From an uncultured cyanobacterium (lineage in GTDB: Bacteria; Cyanobacteriota; Cyanobacteriia; Cyanobacteriales; Cyanobacteriaceae), in contig CAVVOP010000008.1 in NCBI GenBank assembly GCA_963749915.1, positions 352,001 to 416,000 on the forward strand: a DNA stretch of 64,000 bases, in the 5' to 3' direction. The notes beneath the pieces were generated by a model that saw only the letters and a list, made by a program, of their open reading frames with translations, did no database searches and was not told where the DNA came from. The translations under genes and the position numbers were made by a program. Shown here one piece after another: positions 21,556 to 30,695 of the stretch. Each line of letters opens with the position of its first letter. Position 1 is the stretch's first letter.

Positions 21556-22125
21556 CCCAATACTGCTCGGTTAGTGGTAAAAACGTTACGGTGAGGTTAA
21601 AGTAATGAGTAATAAGTAATGAGTAATAAGTAATCAGTAATAAGTAATGAGTAATAAGTAATGAGTAATAAGTAAATATTTATTGTTTATAGAGACAGAA
21701 GATTTTGCTATCAGAATTATTAAAGCTTATTCCGAACTGAACAAAAGGAACTTTGATGATGCAGCTAAAGTTTTATCAAAACAATTTTTAAGAAGTGGGA
21801 CATCAATTGGGGCTAATTGTTCAGAAGCAAAATATGCACAGTCGAAGAAGGATTTATTAACAAATATTCTATAGCTTTAAAAGCAGCAAATGAGACCCTT
21901 TATTGGATAAAAATAATGATTAAATCAGAGCTAGTATCACAATCTAAATTTCAAAAAATGATAGAAGAGAATGAAAGAATTATTAAAATATTAATGAGTT
22001 CAATCAATAAATTAAAAGAAAAACAATCTAGTTAAATTTTTATTCATTACTCATTACTCATTACTCATTACTCATTACTTCATCTTCACAGTAAGATTTT
22101 CGGGCAAATCCCTCGCAGTATTGGG
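21556..22125. mobile_element. Cassette with long imperfect inverted arms and heptamer arrays enclosing a four-helix-bundle gene
   Basis: cccaatactgc/gcagtattggg termini; aaaacgttacggtgaggttaaagtaatgag complementary to ctcattacttcatcttcacagtaagatttt; AGTAAT(G/A) arrays versus CATTACT arrays. Confidence 0.65.
21683..22035 (+). pseudogene. Four-helix-bundle (23S rRNA IVP-like) protein, frameshifted near 21853
   Basis: KQFLRSGTSIGAN..EA..AQS..DF..K..IALK.A.ET.YW split across two frames. Confidence 0.85.
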
Positions 22126-22670
22126 ACGCAACCACCAAGACACCGCAGAACAAGCCAACGCCGAACCAGCCACACAACGGAAAGAAACCACGGGAACAAA
22201 CCCCCAACGAAAGAACAGCTTCTTTTCACCCGTTCTCATTTTTCACCGTGAACTTTGATCTGTGCGCAAGGCAAAAATAAATAAATGGAGCGTAGCCGTT
22301 ACGAAGACTATAACTAAGTACAACTAAACTATGGCGGCGGAGCGACTTCAATTAAGGTGTTGCCTAGTCGCACCACAGAACGGGTATACTAGAAAAGCGG
22401 TCGTTCATTATCCCCACAGTTCCAGCCACGCAGTGACCTAGGGTCGGAAACAGTAGCCTTTGAGATAAACCGAAGGCAAAAAGACTATGTTTTTAACTGT
22501 ATTTCAATCTAAATATTAATATATATTAAGAAAAATTAACTAAAAAAATCTCTGATTAATTAAATCTTATTAAATGATTAGAATATGAGGAAAGTTCAGT
22601 ATATTTACTGTTGTTAGTAAATATAAAATTGGGAACTATAAGTCTATAGCAAACTAGATTTATACTCTGA

Positions 22671-22757
22671 CTTATTACTCATTACTCATTACTCATTACT
22701 CATTACTCATTACTTCATCTTCACAGTAAGATTTTCGGGCAAATCCCTCGCAGTATT
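22671..22757. repeat. Direct duplicate of the right arm of the 21556-22125 cassette
   Basis: (cattact)n tcatcttcacagtaagattttcgggcaaatccctcgcagtatt is identical to the 22045-22122 copy apart from heptamer number. Confidence 0.85.
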
Positions 22758-22828
22758 TATCTGCACTATTTTTAAGGTATTAAGGCTCAAATATTTTTAC
22801 AGTTTTTTAACATTAAATAGGATAAACA

Positions 22829-23395
22829 ATGGATTTTAATTATCTATTAACAAGCATATTTTTATGGCTAATAATTAGCCTTTTATTATTGACAGTTTTT
22901 GCTTCCTCATCACCTTCTAATCAAGGTAAATTTAAAGATTTTAAAGACAATAAATCTCAGGATTTAGATAACGATTCGGGTAAAGAAGAAATCATCGCCC
23001 TTCAACAACAATGCCAAAGATTAAGAGAGGAATTAGAAGCCCAATCTAACCAGTTAAAAGATGATTTTCGTAGTGACACTTTTGAACAATTACAGCCTTT
23101 ATTAACTAACTATCCCACCGCCCGTGAGATGGCAAAAGCTAAACCAGATTTACCCGCTAAAAATCTAGTATCTTTGTTCACATCCTTAGAAAACTTGTTA
23201 GAAAGTTGGGGTTATGAAACCATTGGCACACCGTGGGAAGAAGTTAATTATAATCCTCAAATTCATCAAGGTGACAGTGATGATATTGAAGTAGGGGAAT
23301 CGGTTTATATCCGTTTTGTAGGCTACCGTGACGGCGATAATATTCTTTATCCTGCGAAAGTAAGTCTCAATCTTCCTCCCAATTTAAAAAGTTAA
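22829..23395 (+). CDS. Membrane-anchored GrpE-like protein
   Basis: N-terminal TM, coiled coil, IG..WE.V.YNPQ.HQ...V.IRFVGYR....L.PAKV GrpE-like beta domain; precedes Hsp70-like gene. Confidence 0.75.
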   Translation: MDFNYLLTSIFLWLIISLLLLTVFASSSPSNQGKFKDFKDNKSQDLDNDSGKEEIIALQQQCQRLREELEAQSNQLKDDFRSDTFEQLQPLLTNYPTAREMAKAKPDLPAKNLVSLFTSLENLLESWGYETIGTPWEEVNYNPQIHQGDSDDIEVGESVYIRFVGYRDGDNILYPAKVSLNLPPNLKS

Positions 23396-23429
23396 TTTCT
23401 AATTCCTAATTCCTAATTCCTAATTATTT

Positions 23430-25028
23430 ATGACTACTGTAGCGATTGATTTTGGCACAAGTAACACCGTTGTTAGTATTATCGAACCCGATACCAAACA
23501 AGCAAAATCCCTCCGTTTTGAGAAAATGTCGAGGGTATTTCGGATGAAACTTAATAACGGCTCAGTGTCAGAAATTCCCGTCATCCCTAGCTTAGTGTTT
23601 ATCAAAGAAGGACATGAATTAATATTAGGAGAACAAGTGCGCACTGGTCGGTTAGGATGTAGTAAGCCTGAACGATTTTTTAAAGCCTTTAAAAGAGATT
23701 TAGCCGCCGAATATCGCTCCCCTACGAAGATAATAGAAGGTAAAGAATACCCATCAGAAGCAGTAGCAGAAATATTTTTAAAAGAAATTTGGCAACAACT
23801 GAAATTACAACATTTAACTCCCTCTCAAGTAATATTTACCGTGCCAGTAGGAGGCTTTGAAAGTTACTCGAATTGGTGTCGTGACTTAGCCACAGGATTA
23901 GGCATTGAAAAAATCCAATTAGTCGATGAATCCACCGCCGCCGCCTTCGGTTATGCCGTTAAAAAGCCCGGTGCTTTAGTTTTAGTAGTGGACTTTGGAG
24001 GGGGTACATTAGACTTAAGTTTAGTGCGTACTGTCGGCACTTCCCCAAAATTAAAAGAATTAAAAGGAGAGGTTTTAGCGAAAACTCAAGCCTATGTGGG
24101 AGGAGAAGATATTGATATTTGGTTAATGGAAGATTACTTGCAAAAACAGGGTATTTCTAAAAACGATTTAAGTAGTGTTAGTTGGCAGAATTTATTAGAA
24201 ATAGCCGAGCGTCTTAAGATACAGTTATCCTTTAAAGAAGAAGCAAAGGAAAGTTGGTTAGATGAGGAAACCTTTACTTCCTATGATATTGCTTTAAATC
24301 GACCACAACTCAAAGAAATATTAGAAACTCAACAACTATTACCTCAATTACGGGATTGTCTCGATGAAGTTATTCAGATGTCAATGGGTAAGGGCATCAA
24401 TAAAAAACACATTGAGAAAGTAGTTTTAGTAGGCGGCAGTTGTTTAATTGCATCTGTAAGAGAATTAATTACTTCTTATTTTGGACCAGAAAAAGTCCTG
24501 ATCAATAAACCCTTTGAAGCGGTGTCTCAAGGGGCTTTAACTGTTGGTTTATTAGAAAACGTAGATGACCATTTATACCATAGCTACGCCCTTCGTACAT
24601 GGAATCCCTTGACTCAGGAAAATGATTATGATCCTTTATTTCCATCAGGCATACAATATCCCTGTGAATTAGAACATCCTTTAGTTCTTCAATGTGCCAA
24701 TAATGGACAAGATGCCATTTACCTTGATATTGGGCAAGTGGCAGAAATGGGAAAAGCGGAGTTAAGTTATGATGCTTCGGGTAAAATGACCAGTGGTATG
24801 GTTAAATCTAAAACTACTTACAAATCCCTCACCTATGAACTAGACTGGCAAGGAAATGTCGTCAAATCCGCTTGTATCGCTAAATTACATCCTCTTGGCA
24901 CTGTGGGAAAAGATCGTCTTAAACTGCATTTGGAAGTGGATGAGGGGCGAATGTTATTGACTACTGTTACGGATATTCTCACCCAACAAGTATTAGTCTA
25001 TAAGAAAGCGATCGCTCGCCTTGATTAA
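23430..25028 (+). CDS. Hsp70/DnaK-like family protein (non-canonical)
   Basis: AIDFGTSNT, DESTAAA.GY, VVDFGGGTLD, LVGGSC motifs; C-terminus unlike canonical DnaK. Confidence 0.88.
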   Translation: MTTVAIDFGTSNTVVSIIEPDTKQAKSLRFEKMSRVFRMKLNNGSVSEIPVIPSLVFIKEGHELILGEQVRTGRLGCSKPERFFKAFKRDLAAEYRSPTKIIEGKEYPSEAVAEIFLKEIWQQLKLQHLTPSQVIFTVPVGGFESYSNWCRDLATGLGIEKIQLVDESTAAAFGYAVKKPGALVLVVDFGGGTLDLSLVRTVGTSPKLKELKGEVLAKTQAYVGGEDIDIWLMEDYLQKQGISKNDLSSVSWQNLLEIAERLKIQLSFKEEAKESWLDEETFTSYDIALNRPQLKEILETQQLLPQLRDCLDEVIQMSMGKGINKKHIEKVVLVGGSCLIASVRELITSYFGPEKVLINKPFEAVSQGALTVGLLENVDDHLYHSYALRTWNPLTQENDYDPLFPSGIQYPCELEHPLVLQCANNGQDAIYLDIGQVAEMGKAELSYDASGKMTSGMVKSKTTYKSLTYELDWQGNVVKSACIAKLHPLGTVGKDRLKLHLEVDEGRMLLTTVTDILTQQVLVYKKAIARLD

Positions 25029-25073
25029 GCCTTTTACGATTAAATATTAATTGTCAACTATCAACTATTAAAA

Positions 25074-25775
25074 ATGAGCTCTTCTCCTAATTCCCAAGAT
25101 ATTCAAACTCTTTTTAATGATATTGCACCAGTTTATGATCAAATGAATGATTGGTTAAGTTTCCGTCTCCACCGTATTTGGAAGTTAATGACCGTAAAAT
25201 GGAGTAGTCCACAACCTTATGAAACTGCGTTAGATCTCTGTTGTGGTACTGGTGACTTAACTTTTTTAATGGCAAAACAACTCAAAAAAGGGAGAGTTAT
25301 TGGCGTTGATTTTTCCTCGCAGTTGTTGGCAGAGGCACAAAAAAAACAAAAATTTAAGTCTTTAAATAGTGAAATTCGGTGGTTAGAAGCAAATGTTTTA
25401 AGTTTGCCTTTTGACGATAATTCTTTTGATTGTGCCACTATGGGTTATGGGTTGAGAAATGTTACGGATATTTGTGCTTGTTTACAGGAAATTCAACGAG
25501 TTTTAAAACCTAATAGTAAAGTAGCTATTTTAGATTTTCATAAACCTACACAGGATTGGGTTGCCAATAGTCAAAAATGGTATTTAGATAACGTGGTAGT
25601 GAAAATTGCGGATTTTTTAGGCACTCAATCAGAATATGCTTATATTTATCCTAGTTTAGAGCGTTTTCCTAATGGCGAAACCCAAATTCAACTAGGTTTA
25701 AATGCTGGTTTTAGTGCGGGTATCCATTATCCTTTATTTGGTGGTACAATGGGAGTTTTAGTATTAACTAAATAG
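25074..25775 (+). CDS. menG: UbiE/MenG family methyltransferase (demethylphylloquinol methyltransferase)
   Basis: F..IAPVYD.MND.LS...HR.WK, LDLCCGTGD, GYGLRNV. Confidence 0.9.
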   Translation: MSSSPNSQDIQTLFNDIAPVYDQMNDWLSFRLHRIWKLMTVKWSSPQPYETALDLCCGTGDLTFLMAKQLKKGRVIGVDFSSQLLAEAQKKQKFKSLNSEIRWLEANVLSLPFDDNSFDCATMGYGLRNVTDICACLQEIQRVLKPNSKVAILDFHKPTQDWVANSQKWYLDNVVVKIADFLGTQSEYAYIYPSLERFPNGETQIQLGLNAGFSAGIHYPLFGGTMGVLVLTK

Positions 25776-25916
25776 AGGTAATTCAAACATTATTAAGCTG
25801 ATAAATTTGCTAAAAAAAGTTAGTTACTGTCGTGGTAATAAATCATTGACAAGAAAAAATTGATAATTCAATTACCTTAAAAAAAATATAAATTTAAGAT
25901 TAATTAGTTAGGGATA

Positions 25917-27152
25917 ATGCCGTTAGAATTTTATAATTGGTGGCAAATTGCGCTTCCCCCCGTAGCAGGTTCAGTTATTGGATATTTTACTAATGATTTA
26001 GCGATAAAAATGCTATTTCGTCCTTATAAACCTTTATATTTTTTCAACAAGCAATTACCTTTTACTCCAGGTTTAATTCCGAGAAATCAAAAGAGGTTGG
26101 CGAAAAGAGTTTCTGACACTATTATGAACTCTTTGTTAACCCCAGAAGAATTACAAAAATTGGCGAAAAGATTATTACAGACTGAACGAGTAGAGGGAGC
26201 AATTTTATGGTTACTACAGTTAACTTTACAGCAAATAAAAGAGGATAAAGAACAAAAGTCAGCAAAAATATTAGCGGATATTTTAAGAGATTTATTTGGG
26301 GATGCTTTACCGAAATTATTAAGAGTTTTAGCAAGAAAAGATGATTTTTTACAAAGTCAAATTGATCAGATCTTTGACCGCATTTTATTAGAGTTTAAGT
26401 TAACGGAAATTCAAGCTAGACAATTATCTGATTGGTTATTACAAGTTATTTTTGCACCGGATTTATTACGTCAAGCTTTAGTTAATTTTTTGACGGATCG
26501 AAATATTAGTGTGATTGATGAAGGTTTTAAGGAAAAAACAAGCGGTACTTATTGGGTTGTAGCGAATTTATTTGGGGTCAAAAATGCTTTAAGTCGTTTA
26601 CGGACTTTCTGTTTAGACGAGAAAGAAATGGCTAATACTCGCATTCAAGAGTTACTTTTATCTTTGGAAATTAGAAATAGATTAAAGGAATTTTTTTTGA
26701 ATTTTTCTTTACAAAATTTACCGGTAGCAACGGTTAAACAATTAAGACAAACCACTAATAAAGCTGTTCGGGATTATATTCAAGAAAAAGGTGCAGATTT
26801 TTTACATGAATTTGGTTTATCGATTGATTGGGATAAGGTATCAATTTTAATTGTTAATCGTTTACAAGCCTCTGATGTAGTTAATACTTCTTTAAGTTTA
26901 ATTAGTGAAGAATTGGCTTTAATTTTAGAGCGTTATTTAGAGGAAGATTTAGAAAAAATTGTCGCCCACGCTATCCCGATTTTATCCATTGATCAGGTTA
27001 TTATTGAAAGAATAAAAGCCACTACTCCTGAACATTTAGAAGAAGCAACTCAAAGTATTGTTAAAAGTGAGTTACAGGCGATCGTTAATTTAGGAGGAAT
27101 TTTAGGTTTAATTATTGGTTTAATTCAAAGTATTTTATTATTAATAACCTAA
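25917..27152 (+). CDS. DUF445 family membrane protein
   Basis: [32 protein letters not shown]. Confidence 0.88.
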   Translation: MPLEFYNWWQIALPPVAGSVIGYFTNDLAIKMLFRPYKPLYFFNKQLPFTPGLIPRNQKRLAKRVSDTIMNSLLTPEELQKLAKRLLQTERVEGAILWLLQLTLQQIKEDKEQKSAKILADILRDLFGDALPKLLRVLARKDDFLQSQIDQIFDRILLEFKLTEIQARQLSDWLLQVIFAPDLLRQALVNFLTDRNISVIDEGFKEKTSGTYWVVANLFGVKNALSRLRTFCLDEKEMANTRIQELLLSLEIRNRLKEFFLNFSLQNLPVATVKQLRQTTNKAVRDYIQEKGADFLHEFGLSIDWDKVSILIVNRLQASDVVNTSLSLISEELALILERYLEEDLEKIVAHAIPILSIDQVIIERIKATTPEHLEEATQSIVKSELQAIVNLGGILGLIIGLIQSILLLIT

Positions 27153-27179
27153 AGATCAAATTGACAGATATCAAATTTT

Positions 27180-28223
27180 ATGAGTAAAGTTAGAGTAGGA
27201 TTATTATTCGGTGGAAAGTCTGGAGAACACCAAGTTTCTATCAGATCTGCACAGGCCATCGCCAGAGGGTTGTCTACAGAAGTAAATGTTGATAAATATG
27301 ACGTTATTCCTGTATATATTCAACCTTCGGGGGTTTGGTTAAGCGGTGACATTGCAAAGGATGTATTAACCACTGGTATTCCTTTAAATAAGGACGAAAA
27401 TTCTACTCCTCAATGGCATTTTCCTGATGAATGTAATGATATTCAAGTATGGTTTCCCATTTTACACGGACCTAACGGTGAAGATGGTACAGTACAAGGA
27501 TTGTTGACCTTAATGAAAGTACCTTTTGTCGGCTCTGGCGTTCTTGGTTCAGCCATGGGTATGGATAAAATTGCCATGAAAAATGCCTTTGCACAAGTTA
27601 ACTTATCTCAAGTTAATTATTTAGCGGTGACTCGTGATCAGATTTTTACTGGTGCTTGTGGTTTTCCGAAATTATGCCATCGCATTGATGAAACTCTGGG
27701 CTATCCTTGTTTTGTGAAACCGGCAAATCTCGGATCATCGGTGGGAATTACAAAAGCAAGAACGAGAACAGAATTAGAAAAAGCCTTAGATTCTGCGGCT
27801 AATCTCGATCGTCGTGTGATTGTGGAAGCGGGGGTTAAAGCTAGAGAAGTAGAATGTGCCGTGTTAGGCAACGATAACCCCAAAGCCTCCGTCATTGGCG
27901 AAATAACCTACAATGCCGATTTTTATGATTACGAAACTAAATATACTGATGGGAAGGCAAATTTGATTATTCCTGCTGATATTCCCCCTCATGTTGCCAC
28001 TAAAATTCAAGAGATGTCCTTAAAAGCCTTCCGCACCATTGATGCCAGGGGTTTAGCAAGAGTGGATTTTTTCTATATTCCTGAAACAGAGGAAATTTTG
28101 ATTAATGAAATAAACACTTTACCCGGCTTTACGGCGTTAAGTATGTATCCGCAACTGTGGCAAGCATCAGGGGTGAGTTTCTCCGATTTGGTGGACAAAT
28201 TAGTAACTTTAGCACAAGAATAA
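27180..28223 (+). CDS. ddl: D-alanine-D-alanine ligase
   Basis: [35 protein letters not shown]. Confidence 0.96.
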   Translation: MSKVRVGLLFGGKSGEHQVSIRSAQAIARGLSTEVNVDKYDVIPVYIQPSGVWLSGDIAKDVLTTGIPLNKDENSTPQWHFPDECNDIQVWFPILHGPNGEDGTVQGLLTLMKVPFVGSGVLGSAMGMDKIAMKNAFAQVNLSQVNYLAVTRDQIFTGACGFPKLCHRIDETLGYPCFVKPANLGSSVGITKARTRTELEKALDSAANLDRRVIVEAGVKAREVECAVLGNDNPKASVIGEITYNADFYDYETKYTDGKANLIIPADIPPHVATKIQEMSLKAFRTIDARGLARVDFFYIPETEEILINEINTLPGFTALSMYPQLWQASGVSFSDLVDKLVTLAQE

Positions 28224-28370
28224 TGAGTTCAGGGTGAGGATTCTCTAAAATCCAAAAGCGGTCGGACCCCGCGCCGCCGGAAGTCGCAAGGGAACGTCCA
28301 CCAAGAGAGGGAATGCCGACCAAGAGATCTAAAATTATCCGTTCCCAGTCCCTGAAAACTATCTTGACAG

Positions 28371-29945
28371 TTAAATCCTCCCTCGTAACATCATCGCCAT
28401 TTCGTTACGGGTAGGAGATCTCTCCAGGGCAGTTTCTTCGGTGATACGTCCTTCTTGATAAAGCTCAAAGAGGGATTTATTCATGGTGATCATACCGTCA
28501 AATTCACCGTCAGCCATCAACATCCCAATTTCTTCATATTTGTTACTGAGAATATAGTCTTTTACCGTCTCGGTGTTGATTAAAATGTCATGATAAGCCG
28601 CCCGTTTCCCGTCAGTGGTACGGCACAAACCTTGGGCAATAATCCCCACCAAAGATTCTGCGATGGCCGATCTCATGGCAGGTTGTTCTTCCGCAGTATA
28701 AAGAGTGAAAATACGTTCAAGGGTTTTGATGGCACTGTTGGTGTGTAAAGTACCCATAACTAAGTGACCTGTTTGAGCGGCTTTAAGGGCTGTATTTACC
28801 GTTTCTTTGTCTCGCATTTCCCCCACGAGGATAATATCAGGATCTTCTCGCAGGGAAGCTTTAAGGGCATTATCAAACTTAAGGGTATGCATCCCAACTT
28901 CCCTTTGTTTAACCAGGGATTTTTGACTTTTGTGGACAAATTCTACGGGATCCTCAATGGTGATAATATTTTTTGCGTGTTCACTATTGATGTGATCCAC
29001 CATCGCCGCTAGAGTTGTCGATTTACCCGAACCGGTAGGTCCAGTGATGAGAATTAACCCTTTATGTGCGTCACAAATATCTCGAAAGATAGGAGGAAGG
29101 CGTAATTGTTCCAGAGTTAAAATTTTGAGAGGAATTAAACGTAAGACTAAAGAGGGGCCCCTTAAAGTATCGAAAACATTAATCCGAACCCTTGCAAAAT
29201 CATATTGAGTGGCACCATCAAATTCCAATTCTTTTTTAAACTTTTGTATTTCATCTTCCTTTAAAATTTCTCGCAACCAACTCATGAAGGTATTTAGATC
29301 GATTTCGGGATATTGATCTAAAATCATCATTTCCCCACGATCCCGCATTCGAGGTAATTCCCCAACTCCTAAATGGACATCAGAATAACCACTATCATAG
29401 GCTAATTGAACTAAATCATGGAGAGAAGGTTGCCCCGGAGATCTTCCCACCGGGGGACGAGAATAGTGGATTCCCCCTTGAGGTCCTGCCCTTTGAGGAG
29501 TGGTGGGGGCAGTAGCGGGTCTGTCTTTCACGGAACCCTTGCGAACATCAGTCTCTCCTGGTCTGGCCATTGTTCCAGGGGGGAGATTTCCACCCATCGG
29601 CATGGTATTTCGATTATTAAGAGGCGATGGGCCAGGGGAAGGAAGGGGGGTTGTCAGAGGGGGAACAACTTTATCTCGATTAGTTGATTGAGGCAACATA
29701 CCGGGGGTATAAAGTTGAGTTTCTTCCTGGGATTCTAAGTCATCATCATCATCATCGAAATCGTGAATATTAAATCCTTCGGAGGGCATGGTATTTTTGT
29801 TGCCCAAAGGAGGAAAAGGACTGCTGGAACTAACTCTGGTTTCGTCTTCTGTACCGTTATCGGTAATTCCTTGAGGCCTAGTTTGTGGAATCAAGGGAGG
29901 TACTGGTAACGGTTGTTTTTTTTGTCGATCAAAAGATTGTGTCAT
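28371..29945 (-). CDS. pilT: PilT-family type IV pilus ATPase with long Pro-rich N-terminal extension (PilT2 type)
   Basis: GPTGSGKSTT, TIEDPVE, LREDPD.ILVGE.RD, TGHLV.GTLHT. Confidence 0.9.
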   Translation of the reverse strand: MTQSFDRQKKQPLPVPPLIPQTRPQGITDNGTEDETRVSSSSPFPPLGNKNTMPSEGFNIHDFDDDDDDLESQEETQLYTPGMLPQSTNRDKVVPPLTTPLPSPGPSPLNNRNTMPMGGNLPPGTMARPGETDVRKGSVKDRPATAPTTPQRAGPQGGIHYSRPPVGRSPGQPSLHDLVQLAYDSGYSDVHLGVGELPRMRDRGEMMILDQYPEIDLNTFMSWLREILKEDEIQKFKKELEFDGATQYDFARVRINVFDTLRGPSLVLRLIPLKILTLEQLRLPPIFRDICDAHKGLILITGPTGSGKSTTLAAMVDHINSEHAKNIITIEDPVEFVHKSQKSLVKQREVGMHTLKFDNALKASLREDPDIILVGEMRDKETVNTALKAAQTGHLVMGTLHTNSAIKTLERIFTLYTAEEQPAMRSAIAESLVGIIAQGLCRTTDGKRAAYHDILINTETVKDYILSNKYEEIGMLMADGEFDGMITMNKSLFELYQEGRITEETALERSPTRNEMAMMLRGRI

Positions 29946-30199
29946 GATTATTTGCTCTCATTCAGAATATCTCATTCTTATTATAGTAACCAAAACATTT
30001 AAAGAAGGCAGGAGTTGAAAGGCAGAAGGGCAGTTAAGAACTTGAGTCTTTAGCTATGTAAGCTATATACAATGCAACTTGGTTTCAAACTAAAGGTTGC
30101 CCTTATCAATATGAGTGATTTTACCCACATTGAAGATCGAAGAAAGGGGAATTTAACCCTAACTATTAGCCTCCAATCTCGGAGATAATATAAAGGAGA

Positions 30200-30628
30200 T
30201 TGAGAGGGAGGAACACCTTTAAGCTGGAGCGGATGGAAATGGAATATGTTTATTTTTTAAGTAATGCTAGTCTTATACTTAGAGTCATCAGTTATTTTGA
30301 GACCATGACTTTTTTGGAATCTGCGTCCCTGACAGTCATTCATCAGATTAATGGTTGGGTGATCAGAATTAAAACCCCCATGGTTTTATTATCTCAAGAA
30401 GACGGTAATATCAAAGCATTTTTGTCAGAGTTAGGCAGACAATACAATCCCAGTGTCCGTTTAGATATGCTATTCCGGAGTCTGGATATAGGGGATTCTC
30501 CCGTAAAAGTAATGCGCGATTATCGAGTGGCGATCGTTTCTCATGGTAAACCTGACTTAAATAGAATTGAGATTTTTCGTCAAGAGTTTAGTCGTGGTTT
30601 AGGATACCAACCAGAAACTTTAGCTTAA
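30200..30628 (+). CDS. Hypothetical cyanobacterial protein
   Basis: 142-aa ORF; likely start at the internal ATG (MEYVYFL.NASL); ends GLGYQPETLA. Confidence 0.7.
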   Translation: MRGRNTFKLERMEMEYVYFLSNASLILRVISYFETMTFLESASLTVIHQINGWVIRIKTPMVLLSQEDGNIKAFLSELGRQYNPSVRLDMLFRSLDIGDSPVKVMRDYRVAIVSHGKPDLNRIEIFRQEFSRGLGYQPETLA

Positions 30629-30695
30629 CGTTGCGGTAAGATTAATATGATTAAGAGTAAGTTAACACCGAACTCATGTTAATTGTTTTGCCATT

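Noticed and set aside
21601..21672. CRISPR array
   Set aside because: Contiguous 7-nt tandem repeats without unique spacers; no cas genes in the window.
22126..22230. A/C-rich tract as the DGR template repeat
   Set aside because: No similarity on either strand to the VR anchors cgtggtggttcatgg or ggttttcgtgtt.
28371..29945. Pro-rich N-terminal extension of PilT as a novelty
   Set aside because: A Pro-rich extension is an established feature of cyanobacterial PilT2.
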